In this document: piece after piece, positions 1-10,871 of the stretch
Layout of the letters: every line of letters starts with the position of its first letter
How positions within the stretch are numbered: position 1 is the stretch's first letter
Assembly (NCBI RefSeq): GCF_058153355.1
Contig: NZ_CM177019.1
Length of the DNA stretch: 64,000 bases
Reading direction: 5' to 3' (one strand)
Made by a program: the position numbers and the translations under genes
Notes under the pieces: generated by a model
Told to the model about the DNA's origin: nothing
The model's database searches: none
The model's input: the letters and a program-made list of their open reading frames with translations, nothing else

Positions 1-830
1 CTGTTTTGCAGCAAATCGTAAAAGAGCAGAACACCATTATCGCGACCGATCGCCAGCTATATCAGAACGGGATTACTTCTTCAGTTGAAGGTGTGGAAAC
101 CGATATTAATGCTAGCAAGACCCGGCAGCAGCTCAACGATGCCGTGGGAAAAATGAAAATTATTGAGGCACGGTTAAGCGCACTTACAAATCACCAGATA
201 AAGTCATTGAAGCTTAAACCGGTTGAGTTGCCGAAAGTGGCAAGTCAGCTTCCTGATGAACTGGGGTATTCATTGCTGGCACGGCGGGCAGATTTGCAGG
301 CAGCGCATTGGTACGTTGAGTCATCGTTAAGCACCATTGATGCGGCAAAAGCGGCATTTTATCCTGACATCAACCTGATGGCCTTCCTGCAACAGGATGC
401 GTTGCACTTAAGCGATTTGTTCCGTCATTCCGCGCAGCAAATGGGCGTTACGGCAGGCCTGACGCTACCCATTTTCGATAGTGGTCGTCTTAACGCCAAC
501 CTCGATATTGCAAAAGCCGAAAGCAACTTGTCTATCGCCAGCTACAACAAAGCGGTGGTTGAAGCGGTGAATGACGTGGCGCGGGCAGCCAGTCAGGTTC
601 AGACGCTGGCGGAGAAAAACCAGCATCAGGCGCAAATTGAGCGCGATGCCTTGCGTGTGGTAGGTCTTGCGCAGGCCCGCTTTAACGCGGGTATCATTGC
701 TGGTTCCCGCGTCAGCGAAGCCAGAATCCCGGCGCTGCGTGAGCGGGCCAATGGCCTGTTATTGCAAGGGCAGTGGCTGGATGCCTCCATTCAACTCACT
801 GGTGCGTTGGGCGGGGGTTACAAACGCTGA
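1..830 (+). CDS. mdtQ: Outer-membrane efflux factor (NodT/TolC-like), C-terminal part; 5' end lies outside the window
   Basis: Reading frame is open from the window edge to the stop at 828-830; the translation (…GLTLPIFDSGRLNANLDIAKAE…) looks like the C-terminal repeat of outer-membrane factor proteins. Whether the gene is intact cannot be judged from this fragment. Confidence 0.65.
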   Translation, partial: VLQQIVKEQNTIIATDRQLYQNGITSSVEGVETDINASKTRQQLNDAVGKMKIIEARLSALTNHQIKSLKLKPVELPKVASQLPDELGYSLLARRADLQAAHWYVESSLSTIDAAKAAFYPDINLMAFLQQDALHLSDLFRHSAQQMGVTAGLTLPIFDSGRLNANLDIAKAESNLSIASYNKAVVEAVNDVARAASQVQTLAEKNQHQAQIERDALRVVGLAQARFNAGIIAGSRVSEARIPALRERANGLLLQGQWLDASIQLTGALGGGYKR

Positions 831-882
831 TGATATACGCCTTCTATACTTAACGTTTATTCAGCGTTAAGTGGAGAACTCG

Positions 883-1644
883 ATGGCACAGGTCGCGATT
901 ATTACCGCTTCCGATTCGGGGATCGGCAAAGAGTGCGCGTTATTACTGGCGCAGCAGGGTTTTGATATTGGTATTACCTGGCACTCAGATGAAGAAGGGG
1001 CAAAAGATACCGCGCGTGAGGTGGTTAGCCACGGCGTACGTGCGGAGATGGTGCAGTTGGATCTCGGTAAACTGCCAGAGGGGGCACTGGCGCTGGAGAA
1101 ACTTATTCAACGGCTGGGGCGCATCGATGTGCTCGTGAATAATGCGGGCACAATGACCAAAGCGCCGTTTCTTGATATGGCTTTCGATGAGTGGCGCAAG
1201 ATTTTTACCGTTGATGTTGATGGTGCATTTTTATGCTCGCAAATTGCGGCCCGCCAGATGGTGAAACAAGGGCAGGGCGGTCGCATCATCAACATTACGT
1301 CGGTACATGAGCATACGCCGCTGCCGGATGCCAGCGCCTATACAGCCGCTAAACATGCACTCGGTGGGCTAACCAAAGCGATGGCGCTTGAGCTGGTCAG
1401 GCATAAGATTTTGGTGAATGCAGTCGCGCCTGGGGCTATCGCCACGCCAATGAATGGCATGGATGACGGCGACGTGAAGCCCGACGCGGAGCCTTCGATT
1501 CCCCTGCGGCGTTTCGGCGCAACGCATGAGATTGCCAGCCTGGTGGCGTGGTTATGCTCTGAAGGCGCAAATTACACCACCGGGCAGTCGTTAATTGTCG
1601 ATGGTGGCTTTATGCTGGCGAATCCGCAGTTCAACCCAGAATAG
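883..1644 (+). CDS. yohF: Short-chain dehydrogenase/reductase family oxidoreductase
   Basis: N-terminal Rossmann glycine motif (TASDSGIGKE) and SDR catalytic YxxxK (YTAAK). Start chosen at the ATG preceded by GGAG (MAQVAIITA…) rather than the upstream ATG at 871. Confidence 0.85.
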   Translation: MAQVAIITASDSGIGKECALLLAQQGFDIGITWHSDEEGAKDTAREVVSHGVRAEMVQLDLGKLPEGALALEKLIQRLGRIDVLVNNAGTMTKAPFLDMAFDEWRKIFTVDVDGAFLCSQIAARQMVKQGQGGRIINITSVHEHTPLPDASAYTAAKHALGGLTKAMALELVRHKILVNAVAPGAIATPMNGMDDGDVKPDAEPSIPLRRFGATHEIASLVAWLCSEGANYTTGQSLIVDGGFMLANPQFNPE

Positions 1645-1654
1645 CACTGTGAGG

Positions 1655-1770
1655 TGCGTGGTTATTTCAATGGGTAATCTTTGGTAGGTATGATAAGACG
1701 CATAAGCGTCGCATCAGGCATGGTGCGACGGATGTCGGATGCGGCGCAAACCGCCTTATCCGAGGCAATG
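1655..1770. repeat. REP/BIME-like palindromic repeat cluster between convergent yohF and yohD
   Basis: Several imperfect GC-rich palindromes of the gcatc(a/c)ggc…gccttatcc type characteristic of E. coli REP elements. Confidence 0.45.
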
Positions 1771-1773
1771 GTT

Positions 1774-2352
1774 TTACGCCTGATCATCCGGCTTTTTCTT
1801 CCCGCGCCGTTTCAGCCACCAGCGCACGCCAACCACCAGAACCACGACCAGAATCAACCAGACCCAGTGCTTCAAATGCTGGTCGAGATTGTGCAACCAC
1901 GGCGCAATCACCTGACCACCAGCATAACCGATAGTGGTAAAAATCAACGCCCAGGCAAATGCGCCGAGAATATTCAGCGGCAGAAAGATTTTCGGCGGCA
2001 GCTGGCTGGCACCAATCAGCGTCGGGCCAATCACCCTAAAGCCATACATAAAACGCGTACCAATGACAAACAGATACGGATGGCGTTGGATAAGTTTCTG
2101 CGCCCGCTCAATTTTATCCTGATGTTTCGAGAAACGGCGTAATAGCTTGCCGCCAAAGCGCCGCCCGCACAGATAAAGCACCTGGTCGCCAATCATGCCG
2201 CCAAGCGCCACAGAAAGTACCACCAGCGGGAACTTTAATAGTCCCTGATGTGCCGCAACGCCTCCCAGCAAAGTCACGGTTTCACCTTCCGCCAGGCTAC
2301 CGATCACCAGCGCGGCATAACCATATTGTGAGATGAGTGTATTGAGATCCAT
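1774..2352 (-). CDS. yohD: DedA-family inner membrane protein
   Basis: 192-aa hydrophobic ORF with DedA-like core (…GDQVLYLCGRRFG…). Confidence 0.8.
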   Translation of the reverse strand: MDLNTLISQYGYAALVIGSLAEGETVTLLGGVAAHQGLLKFPLVVLSVALGGMIGDQVLYLCGRRFGGKLLRRFSKHQDKIERAQKLIQRHPYLFVIGTRFMYGFRVIGPTLIGASQLPPKIFLPLNILGAFAWALIFTTIGYAGGQVIAPWLHNLDQHLKHWVWLILVVVLVVGVRWWLKRRGKKKPDDQA

Positions 2353-2521
2353 AGGCCAGTCTGTCTCCCTTTAGTTGCCTGTAAGCATACACCCTGTGAA
2401 TAGTTAACGCTGAAAAAGGACATACATCAGACGGTGCAAATTACATGAGCGAACAAAAAATAATCACAAGCTGACTTATACTTGAACTGTCAGGTTCATG
2501 AACTCACAACAAGGGGGCGGT

Positions 2522-3109
2522 ATGAGCCATGTCTGGGGACTGTTTTCCCATCCCGATCGTGAAATGCAGGTGATTAATCGCGAAAACGAAACGATTTCTC
2601 ATCACTACACCCACCACGTTTTGCTGATGGCGGCAATTCCGGTGATTTGCGCCTTCATTGGCACCACACAAATTGGCTGGAATTTTGGCGATGGCACCAT
2701 CCTGAAGTTATCCTGGTTTACCGGACTGGCGCTGGCTGTCTTGTTTTATGGCGTTATGCTGGCTGGGGTCGCGGTGATGGGGCGGGTCATCTGGTGGATG
2801 GCGCGCAATTATCCGCAGCGTCCGTCACTTGCGCACTGCATGGTCTTTGCGGGCTACGTTGCAACTCCGCTGTTTTTAAGCGGTCTGGTGGCGCTTTATC
2901 CGCTGGTCTGGTTGTGTGCGCTGGTCGGCACGGTGGCGCTGTTTTACACCGGCTACCTGCTTTATCTCGGTATTCCGAGCTTCCTGAATATCAACAAAGA
3001 GGAAGGCCTTAGCTTCTCCAGTTCGACGCTGGCGATTGGCGTGCTGGTACTGGAAGTGCTGCTCGCCCTTACCGTTATACTATGGGGTTACGGTTATCGT
3101 TTGTTCTAG
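2522..3109 (+). CDS. yohC: Yip1-family inner membrane protein
   Basis: Multi-TM ORF; start placed at MSHVWGLFSHPDRE… (ninth codon of the track ORF). Confidence 0.8.
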   Translation: MSHVWGLFSHPDREMQVINRENETISHHYTHHVLLMAAIPVICAFIGTTQIGWNFGDGTILKLSWFTGLALAVLFYGVMLAGVAVMGRVIWWMARNYPQRPSLAHCMVFAGYVATPLFLSGLVALYPLVWLCALVGTVALFYTGYLLYLGIPSFLNINKEEGLSFSSSTLAIGVLVLEVLLALTVILWGYGYRLF

Positions 3110-3282
3110 CAAGTTCTTTTGTGTTGCATTGCTGGCGTAAATGTCAGCAATGCAGCATTTCCTCACGATTCTCCTTTGACGATCGCACTTTTTGCTCGTT
3201 ATGATGGCGTCGCTAGCCTCAGTAAATCCTTACTCCGGCGGTGCGCAACCTGTGCGCGTGAACCACTATCTGAATGCTCATC

Positions 3283-4215
3283 ATGCCGAAATTTCGAGTT
3301 TCTTTATTTAGCCTGGCCCTGATGCTGGCTGTGCCTTTTGCGCCGCAGGCCGTTGCGAAAACGGCAGCCGCTACCACCGCTTCACAACCGGAAATTGCTT
3401 CCGGTAGCGCGATGATTGTTGATCTGAATACCAACAAAGTGATCTATTCGAACCACCCGGATCTGGTGCGTCCGATTGCGTCTATCAGTAAATTAATGAC
3501 CGCGATGGTCGTGCTGGATGCGCGACTGCCGCTGGATGAAAAACTAAAAGTGGATATCAGCCAGACGCCGGAGATGAAAGGGGTCTATTCGCGCGTACGA
3601 CTGAACAGCGAAATCAGCCGTAAAGATATGCTGTTGCTGGCGCTGATGTCTTCAGAAAACCGCGCGGCGGCAAGCCTTGCGCACCATTATCCCGGTGGCT
3701 ACAAAGCCTTTATTAAGGCGATGAATGCGAAAGCGAAATCGCTCGGAATGAACAACACGCGCTTTGTTGAACCGACCGGATTGTCGGTGCATAACGTTTC
3801 AACTGCCCGTGACTTAACCAAACTGCTTATTGCCAGCAAACAATATCCATTGATCGGGCAGTTAAGTACTACCCGGGAAGATATGGCAACCTTCTCTAAC
3901 CCGACGTATACGCTGCCGTTCCGCAATACTAACCATCTGGTGTATCGCGATAACTGGAATATTCAGTTAACCAAAACCGGTTTTACCAATGCGGCGGGCC
4001 ATTGTCTGGTGATGCGCACGGTTATCAATAATAAACCGGTGGCGCTGGTAGTGATGGATGCGTTTGGCAAATATACCCATTTTGCCGATGCCAGCCGCCT
4101 GCGTACCTGGATTGAAACCGGTAAAGTGATGCCAGTTCCGGCAGCAGCGTTGAGCTATAAAAAACAAAAAGCCGCCCAGATGGCGGCGGCGGGGCAGACG
4201 GCGCAGAACGATTAA
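3283..4215 (+). CDS. pbpG: D-alanyl-D-alanine endopeptidase (PBP7, class C low-molecular-weight PBP)
   Basis: Signal peptide ([25 protein letters not shown]) followed by the active-site SxxK motif (ASISKLMTA) and an SxN motif (SSEN). Confidence 0.9.
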
Positions 4216-4224
4216 GGGTAGGCA

Positions 4225-4300
4225 GAATAAGGCGTTTACGCCGCATCCGGCATTCGGAGCACAATGCCTGATGCGATGCTTCTATTTGCATCAGGCATCC
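4225..4300. repeat. REP element between convergent pbpG and dld
   Basis: ggcgtttacgccgcatccggca … tgcctgatgcg palindromic units typical of REP. Confidence 0.55.
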
Positions 4301-4308
4301 AGCCGTAT

Positions 4309-6024
4309 TTACTCCACTTCCTGCCAGTTTTTCCGCTTACTGGTTTTACCGATCCCCGGATTCATGCTGTTGGTCGGATCGTTCTCGCGATAGAACTTCT
4401 GCAACGTCTCCGGTGCTTTATACAAATGACCGACGTTATGCTCGGCAGGGTATTGCGCGCCGCGCTGCTGTAGCAGTTCCAGCATCTGTTCTTTCAACGC
4501 ATGCACATCCACGCCTTTTTTAACGATGTAATCCTGATGGAAGACATAGCACATAAAATGGCCGTAATAGAGCTTGTGCACCAGCTGGCAGTCGATCTCC
4601 GGCGGTAAATGCTCATACCACTCGGTGTCGTTACGCCGCAGAGCGATATCCAGCGCCAGAATGTCTTCGACTTCATCGGAATGCACGGCCTGATAACGAA
4701 TTGCTGCGCCCGCAGCGGCGAAACGGTGTAAAAACGCTTTGCTGCCTTCCTCCGGCGTACAGACAAAGAAATCGCCCTCGGCCTGTTTGAAATAATCCAC
4801 CAGCCACGATTTAGCTTCGCCGACGCCATCGCCCGCCATTTTTAACAGCAGATGATGTTCATATTTATCGCGCCAGCTTTTCATGCGCGGTGGTAAATGG
4901 CTGGGGAACAAGTGACCGAATTTTTGCATCGCACGGTCGGTAAAATGCGGACGGAAGAATTTCACTTTCTCCAGCATCGCATCGGTGCGTCCCTTGAGAT
5001 TAAAGAAGAACGGCATCTTGTCGGTGCCTAACTTATCAATCATCAGGAAGGTATCTTTGCCGTATTTTTCCGCAATATCGTAGATATCCCGGTGCATATA
5101 TTCCCCGGCAACTGGCAGATTTTCGAAATTAGCCAGAATATGACGGCGGATTTCGGTCAGTACTTCCGGCTGGTTGGTGCCGATATAAAACACCTGCTGG
5201 TTTTTTTCCGCTTCGAAGGTATCAAGACGTACCGCAAAGACGGCCAGTTTACCGGCGCAACCGGAGGATTCAAACAGGCGATCCGGGTCGGCGTTATAAC
5301 GTGCGGGTGTGTCGGCTTCAATATCACGAACGCGGTGGACATAGTCATAATCGTGGGCGTGACGACCATCGTGGCGAATATCATCTTCTTTGATGCGATC
5401 GTCATCCAGCTTGCTAAGGATCTGCTCCGGCGTTTCGCCCAGATCAATCCCCAGATGATTCACCAGCGTCAGTTTGCCTTCTTCATTTATACGCGCGAAT
5501 AACGACATTTCGGTATACGCCGGGCCACGCTGCACCAGCGAGCCGCCGGAGTTGTTACAAATACCGCCGATGACCGATGCGCCTATACACGATGATCCAA
5601 TCACTGAGTGCGGTTCGCGTCCCAGCGGTTTGAGGGCTTTTTCCAGCGAATAGAGTGTGGTGCCCGGATAGGCCAGCACCTGTTCGCCCTTACCGAGTAC
5701 GTGCAGCTTGTCGAGACGCAGGGTGCTGATGATCACGATATCGCGATCATAATCGTTACCGTTTGGCGTCGATCCTTCGGTCAGACCTGTATTGGCGGCC
5801 TGCATCAGAATAATTTTGTCGGCGGTGACGCAGGCTTTCAGCACCCGCCACAATTCCAGTAGTGAGCCAGGGAAAACGACAGCCAGCGCGTCGCCCTGAC
5901 CAGAACGGAAGCCCTTGCGATAGCGGGCCGTTTTTGCGGGATCGGTGAGCAGGTGTGAATGACCGACCAGACGGGCAAGTTCATTCAAAAAGGCTTTATT
6001 ATCAGTTGTTGTCATGGAAGACAT
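4309..6024 (-). CDS. dld: FAD-dependent membrane-associated D-lactate dehydrogenase
   Basis: 571-aa ORF recognised as Dld; start set at MSSMTTTDNK, which has an AAGGAG ribosome-binding site 6 nt upstream (the track ORF begins 11 codons earlier). Confidence 0.9.
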   Translation of the reverse strand: MSSMTTTDNKAFLNELARLVGHSHLLTDPAKTARYRKGFRSGQGDALAVVFPGSLLELWRVLKACVTADKIILMQAANTGLTEGSTPNGNDYDRDIVIISTLRLDKLHVLGKGEQVLAYPGTTLYSLEKALKPLGREPHSVIGSSCIGASVIGGICNNSGGSLVQRGPAYTEMSLFARINEEGKLTLVNHLGIDLGETPEQILSKLDDDRIKEDDIRHDGRHAHDYDYVHRVRDIEADTPARYNADPDRLFESSGCAGKLAVFAVRLDTFEAEKNQQVFYIGTNQPEVLTEIRRHILANFENLPVAGEYMHRDIYDIAEKYGKDTFLMIDKLGTDKMPFFFNLKGRTDAMLEKVKFFRPHFTDRAMQKFGHLFPSHLPPRMKSWRDKYEHHLLLKMAGDGVGEAKSWLVDYFKQAEGDFFVCTPEEGSKAFLHRFAAAGAAIRYQAVHSDEVEDILALDIALRRNDTEWYEHLPPEIDCQLVHKLYYGHFMCYVFHQDYIVKKGVDVHALKEQMLELLQQRGAQYPAEHNVGHLYKAPETLQKFYRENDPTNSMNPGIGKTSKRKNWQEVE

Positions 6025-6219
6025 TTTCCACTCCTTGTGGTGGCGAAAAAATATCACAAACTAGAATAGCGCCTTGTATGACAATTCAGCGAGTGAATAT
6101 TTTGAAAATTCAGACAATAAACTGAGCATTCTTTTTCTCTCTCTATCATGCTTATGGCAAACTACGGTTTTTGCACCATTTTCGCTGCCTCGTCGGGCAA
6201 CAGAGGAAGAAAAATCCAT

Positions 6220-8517
6220 ATGAAATGGCTATGTTCAGTAGGAATCGCGGTGAGTCTGGCCCTGCAGCCAGCACTGGCGGATGATTTATTCGGCAACCAT
6301 CCATTAACGCCCGAAGCGCGGGATGCGTTCGTCACCGAACTGCTTAAGAAAATGACAGTTGATGAGAAAATTGGTCAGCTGCGCTTAATCAGCGTCGGCC
6401 CGGATAATCCGAAAGAGGCGATCCGCGAGATGATCAAAGACGGGCAGGTTGGGGCGATTTTCAACACCGTAACCCGTCAGGATATCCGCGCCATGCAGGA
6501 TCAGGTGATGGAATTAAGCCGCCTGAAAATCCCTCTTTTCTTTGCTTACGACGTGCTGCACGGTCAACGCACGGTTTTCCCGATTAGCCTCGGTCTGGCC
6601 TCTTCTTTTAATCTTGATGCGGTGAAAACGGTCGGGCGTGTCTCTGCTTATGAAGCCGCAGATGATGGCCTGAACATGACCTGGGCACCGATGGTCGATG
6701 TCTCGCGCGATCCGCGCTGGGGACGTGCTTCCGAAGGTTTTGGCGAAGATACGTATCTCACTTCGATTATGGGTAAAACCATGGTGGAAGCGATGCAGGG
6801 TAAAAGCCCGGCAGATCGCTACTCGGTGATGACCAGCGTCAAACACTTTGCCGCTTACGGCGCGGTAGAAGGTGGTAAAGAGTACAACACCGTCGATATG
6901 AGTCCGCAGCGCCTGTTTAATGATTATATGCCGCCGTACAAAGCGGGGCTGGACGCAGGCAGCGGCGCGGTGATGGTGGCGCTGAACTCGCTGAACGGCA
7001 CGCCAGCCACCTCCGACTCCTGGCTGCTGAAAGATGTTCTGCGCGACCAGTGGGGCTTTAAAGGCATCACCGTTTCCGATCACGGCGCAATCAAAGAGCT
7101 GATTAAACATGGCACGGCGGCAGACCCGGAAGATGCGGTGCGCGTGGCACTGAAATCGGGCATCAACATGAGTATGAGCGACGAGTATTACTCGAAGTAT
7201 CTGCCTGGGTTGATCAAATCCGGCAAAGTGACGATGGAAGAGCTGGATGACGCTGCCCGTCATGTACTGAACGTGAAATATGATATGGGGTTGTTTAACG
7301 ACCCGTACAGCCATCTCGGTCCGAAAGAGTCTGACCCGGTGGATACCAATGCCGAAAGCCGCCTGCACCGCAAAGAAGCGCGTGAAGTGGCACGCGAAAG
7401 CCTGGTGTTGCTGAAAAACCGTCTCGAAACGTTACCGCTGAAAAAATCAGCCACCATTGCGGTGGTTGGGCCACTGGCGGACAGCAAACGTGACGTGATG
7501 GGCAGCTGGTCCGCAGCCGGTGTTGCCGATCAATCCGTGACCGTACTGACCGGGATTAAAAATGCCGTCGGTGAAAACGGTAAAGTGCTGTACGCCAAAG
7601 GGGCGAACGTTACCAGTGACAAAGGCATTATCGATTTCCTGAATCAGTATGAAGAGGCGGTCAAAGTCGATCCGCGTTCGCCCCAAGAGATGATTGATGA
7701 AGCGGTGCAAACCGCGAAACAATCTGATGTGGTGGTGGTTGTGGTCGGTGAAGCTCAGGGGATGGCGCACGAGGCTTCCAGCCGTACCGATATTACTATT
7801 CCGCAAAGCCAACGTGACTTGATTGCGGCGCTGAAAGCCACCGGTAAACCGCTGGTGCTGGTGCTGATGAACGGACGTCCACTGGCGCTGGTGAAAGAAG
7901 ATCAGCAGGCTGATGCGATTCTGGAAACCTGGTTTGCGGGGACTGAAGGCGGTAATGCGATTGCCGATGTGTTGTTTGGCGATTACAACCCGTCGGGCAA
8001 GCTGCCGATGTCCTTCCCGCGTTCTGTCGGGCAGATCCCGGTGTACTACAGCCATCTGAATACCGGTCGGCCGTATAATGCCGACAAGCCGAACAAATAC
8101 ACTTCGCGTTATTTTGATGAAGCTAACGGGGCGCTGTATCCGTTCGGCTATGGTCTGAGCTATACCACCTTCACCGTCTCTGATGTGAAACTTTCTGCGC
8201 CGACCATGAAGCGTGACGGCAAAGTGACCGCCAGTGTGCAGGTGACGAACACCGGTAAGCGCGAAGGGGCGACGGTAGTGCAGATGTACTTGCAGGATGT
8301 GACGGCTTCCATGAGTCGCCCGGTGAAGCAGCTGAAAGGCTTTGAGAAAATCACCCTGAAACCGGGCGAAACTCAGACCGTCAGCTTCCCGATTGATATC
8401 GAGGCGCTGAAGTTCTGGAATCAACAGATGAAATATGACGTCGAGCCTGGCAAGTTCAATGTCTTTATCGGCACTGATTCCGCACGCGTTAAGAAAGGCG
8501 AGTTTGAGTTGCTGTAA
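6220..8517 (+). CDS. bglX: Periplasmic beta-glucosidase (glycoside hydrolase family 3)
   Basis: Signal peptide (MKWLCSVGIAVSLALQPALA) and GH3 motifs; start at the ATG after AGAGGAAGA (25th codon of the track ORF). Confidence 0.9.
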   Translation: MKWLCSVGIAVSLALQPALADDLFGNHPLTPEARDAFVTELLKKMTVDEKIGQLRLISVGPDNPKEAIREMIKDGQVGAIFNTVTRQDIRAMQDQVMELSRLKIPLFFAYDVLHGQRTVFPISLGLASSFNLDAVKTVGRVSAYEAADDGLNMTWAPMVDVSRDPRWGRASEGFGEDTYLTSIMGKTMVEAMQGKSPADRYSVMTSVKHFAAYGAVEGGKEYNTVDMSPQRLFNDYMPPYKAGLDAGSGAVMVALNSLNGTPATSDSWLLKDVLRDQWGFKGITVSDHGAIKELIKHGTAADPEDAVRVALKSGINMSMSDEYYSKYLPGLIKSGKVTMEELDDAARHVLNVKYDMGLFNDPYSHLGPKESDPVDTNAESRLHRKEAREVARESLVLLKNRLETLPLKKSATIAVVGPLADSKRDVMGSWSAAGVADQSVTVLTGIKNAVGENGKVLYAKGANVTSDKGIIDFLNQYEEAVKVDPRSPQEMIDEAVQTAKQSDVVVVVVGEAQGMAHEASSRTDITIPQSQRDLIAALKATGKPLVLVLMNGRPLALVKEDQQADAILETWFAGTEGGNAIADVLFGDYNPSGKLPMSFPRSVGQIPVYYSHLNTGRPYNADKPNKYTSRYFDEANGALYPFGYGLSYTTFTVSDVKLSAPTMKRDGKVTASVQVTNTGKREGATVVQMYLQDVTASMSRPVKQLKGFEKITLKPGETQTVSFPIDIEALKFWNQQMKYDVEPGKFNVFIGTDSARVKKGEFELL

Positions 8518-8526
8518 TGCTTTAGT

Positions 8527-8550
8527 AAGGGCGCGACGTCTGCGCCCTTT

Positions 8551-8552
<2 letters not shown>
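8527..8552 (+). terminator. Hairpin downstream of bglX
   Basis: aagggcgc-gacgtct-gcgccctt stem-loop followed by a short T run. Confidence 0.4.
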
Positions 8553-8650
<98 letters not shown>

Positions 8651-8789
8651 AACGCCGGGCAAAATATGCCCTTTAAGTATTTATCTGATTCTGCAACTGA
8701 ATCCTTCCGCTCAGGCTAACCCCGCCATTATCAACTATGCTTTTCTCTTAATTCGCTGAAAACAACAGTAAAAGAATGAGGAAAGCATC

Positions 8790-9707
8790 ATGCCACTCTC
8801 AAAGCTCTGGGCAGGTTCACTGGTTTTGTTGGCAGCCGTGAGCCTGCCGCTACAGGCGGCTTCCCCCGTTAAAGTCGGTTCGAAAATCGATACCGAAGGC
8901 GCGCTACTCGGCAACATTATTTTGCAAGTGCTGGAAAGCCACGGCGTACCGACGGTGAATAAAGTCCAGTTGGGAACCACGCCGGTGGTGCGCGGGGCGA
9001 TTACTTCCGGTGAACTGGATATCTATCCGGAATATACCGGCAATGGCGCGTTTTTCTTTAAAGATGAAAACGATGCGGCGTGGAAAAATGCCGGGCAAGG
9101 CTACGAGAAAGTCAAAAAGCTCGATGCAGAACAAAACAAGTTAATCTGGCTGACGCCTGCGCCTGCAAATAACACCTGGACCATCGCCGTGCGTCAGGAT
9201 GTTGCAGAGAAAAACAAACTCACTTCGCTTGCCGACCTGAGTCGTTATCTGAAAGACGGTGGCACCTTCAAACTGGCGGCCTCAGCAGAGTTTATCGAAC
9301 GCGCCGATGCCTTACCCGCTTTTGAAAAAGCCTATGGCTTTAAGCTCAGTCAGGATCAGTTGCTGTCACTGGCCGGTGGCGACACTGCGGTGACAATCAA
9401 AGCTGCTGCCCAGCAAACATCCGGCGTTAATGCGGCGATGGCTTACGGCACCGACGGCCCGGTCGCGGCGCTGGGGCTGCAAACCTTAAGCGATCCGCAA
9501 GGCGTGCAACCTATCTACGCGCCTGCACCAGTGGTGCGTGAATCGGTGTTGAAGGAGTATCCGCAAATGGCACAGTGGCTACAGCCAGTCTTCGCCAGCC
9601 TCGATGCAAAAACATTGCAGCAACTGAATGCCAGCATTGCTGTGGAAGGACTGGATGCCAAAAAAGTGGCTGCCGACTACCTGAAACAAAAAGGGTGGAC
9701 GAAGTAA
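8790..9707 (+). CDS. osmF: Periplasmic glycine betaine/osmoprotectant-binding protein of an ABC transporter
   Basis: Signal peptide plus substrate-binding protein fold; first gene of a binding-protein/permease/ATPase/permease operon. Confidence 0.9.
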   Translation: MPLSKLWAGSLVLLAAVSLPLQAASPVKVGSKIDTEGALLGNIILQVLESHGVPTVNKVQLGTTPVVRGAITSGELDIYPEYTGNGAFFFKDENDAAWKNAGQGYEKVKKLDAEQNKLIWLTPAPANNTWTIAVRQDVAEKNKLTSLADLSRYLKDGGTFKLAASAEFIERADALPAFEKAYGFKLSQDQLLSLAGGDTAVTIKAAAQQTSGVNAAMAYGTDGPVAALGLQTLSDPQGVQPIYAPAPVVRESVLKEYPQMAQWLQPVFASLDAKTLQQLNASIAVEGLDAKKVAADYLKQKGWTK

Positions 9708-9713
9708 TTTCCC

Positions 9714-10871
9714 GTGACTTATTTCCGTATTAATCCTGTTCTGGCGCTGCTGCTGTTGCTGACGGCAATCGCAGCGGCGCTGCCGTTTATCAGTTACGCG
9801 CCTAATCGTTTAGTCTCGGGTGAGGGGCGTCATCTCTGGCAGCTGTGGCCGCAAACGATCTGGATGCTGGTGGGCGTTGGTTGCGCCTGGCTGACCGCCT
9901 GTTTTATTCCCGGTAAAAAAGGCAGCATTTTTGCACTCATTCTGGCGCAATTCGTCTTCATATTGCTGGTGTGGGGCGCGGGAAAGGCGGCGACACAACT
10001 GGCGCAAAATGGCAGTGCGCTGGCGCGTACCAGCCTCGGCAGTGGTTTCTGGCTGGCTGCGGCGCTGGCATTGCTGGCCTGTAGCGATGCCATCCGCCGA
10101 ATCTCCACGCATCCGCTGTGGCGCTGGTTGTTGCATATGCAGATTGCCATTATTCCGCTGTGGTTGCTGTACTCCGGTACGCTTAACGATCTTTCGCTAA
10201 TGAAAGAATACGCCAACCGTCAGGATGTGTTTAATGACGCGCTGGCGCAACATCTGACGTTGCTGTTTGGTGCGGTGCTGCCTGCGTTAGTGATTGGTGT
10301 GCCGCTGGGCGTCTGGTGCTACTTTTCCACTGCGCGGCAGGGGGCGATTTTTTCTCTGCTGAATGTCATTCAGACCGTGCCTTCGGTGGCGCTCTTTGGC
10401 CTGTTGATTGCGCCGCTTGCCGCGCTGGTTACGGCCTTTCCGTGGCTGGGTAAGCTCGGCATAGCAGGAACCGGAATGACACCCGCACTGATTGCGCTGG
10501 TGCTCTATGCCTTGCTGCCGCTGGTGCGCGGTGTGGTAGTCGGCTTGAACCAGATCCCGCACGATGTGCTGGAGAGCGCCACAGCGATGGGCTTGAACGG
10601 AGCACAGCGATTCCTGCATGTGCAGCTACCGCTGGCGTTACCGGTATTTCTGCGCAGCCTGCGGGTGGTGATGGTGCAAACCGTCGGCATGGCGGTGATT
10701 GCGGCATTAATCGGCGCAGGTGGTTTTGGTGCGCTGGTTTTCCAGGGGCTGCTAAGCAGTGCCATTGATTTAGTGTTGCTGGGGGTGATCCCGGTAATCG
10801 TACTGGCGGTGCTGATCGACGCACTGTTCGATCTGGTTATCGCACTGCTGAAGGTGAAACGTAATGATTGA
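9714..10871 (+). CDS. yehY: ABC transporter permease (osmoprotectant uptake)
   Basis: GTG start; polytopic membrane ORF in the osmF operon. Confidence 0.85.
   Translation: MTYFRINPVLALLLLLTAIAAALPFISYAPNRLVSGEGRHLWQLWPQTIWMLVGVGCAWLTACFIPGKKGSIFALILAQFVFILLVWGAGKAATQLAQNGSALARTSLGSGFWLAAALALLACSDAIRRISTHPLWRWLLHMQIAIIPLWLLYSGTLNDLSLMKEYANRQDVFNDALAQHLTLLFGAVLPALVIGVPLGVWCYFSTARQGAIFSLLNVIQTVPSVALFGLLIAPLAALVTAFPWLGKLGIAGTGMTPALIALVLYALLPLVRGVVVGLNQIPHDVLESATAMGLNGAQRFLHVQLPLALPVFLRSLRVVMVQTVGMAVIAALIGAGGFGALVFQGLLSSAIDLVLLGVIPVIVLAVLIDALFDLVIALLKVKRND

Noticed and set aside
667-870. 67-aa ORF overlapping the 3' end of mdtQ
   Set aside because: Out-of-frame overlap with the efflux-protein coding region; no RBS.
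6514-8424. Two long minus-strand ORFs (284 and 325 aa)
   Set aside because: Both are antisense to bglX and are rich in Arg/His/Gly, typical of spurious reverse-frame translation.
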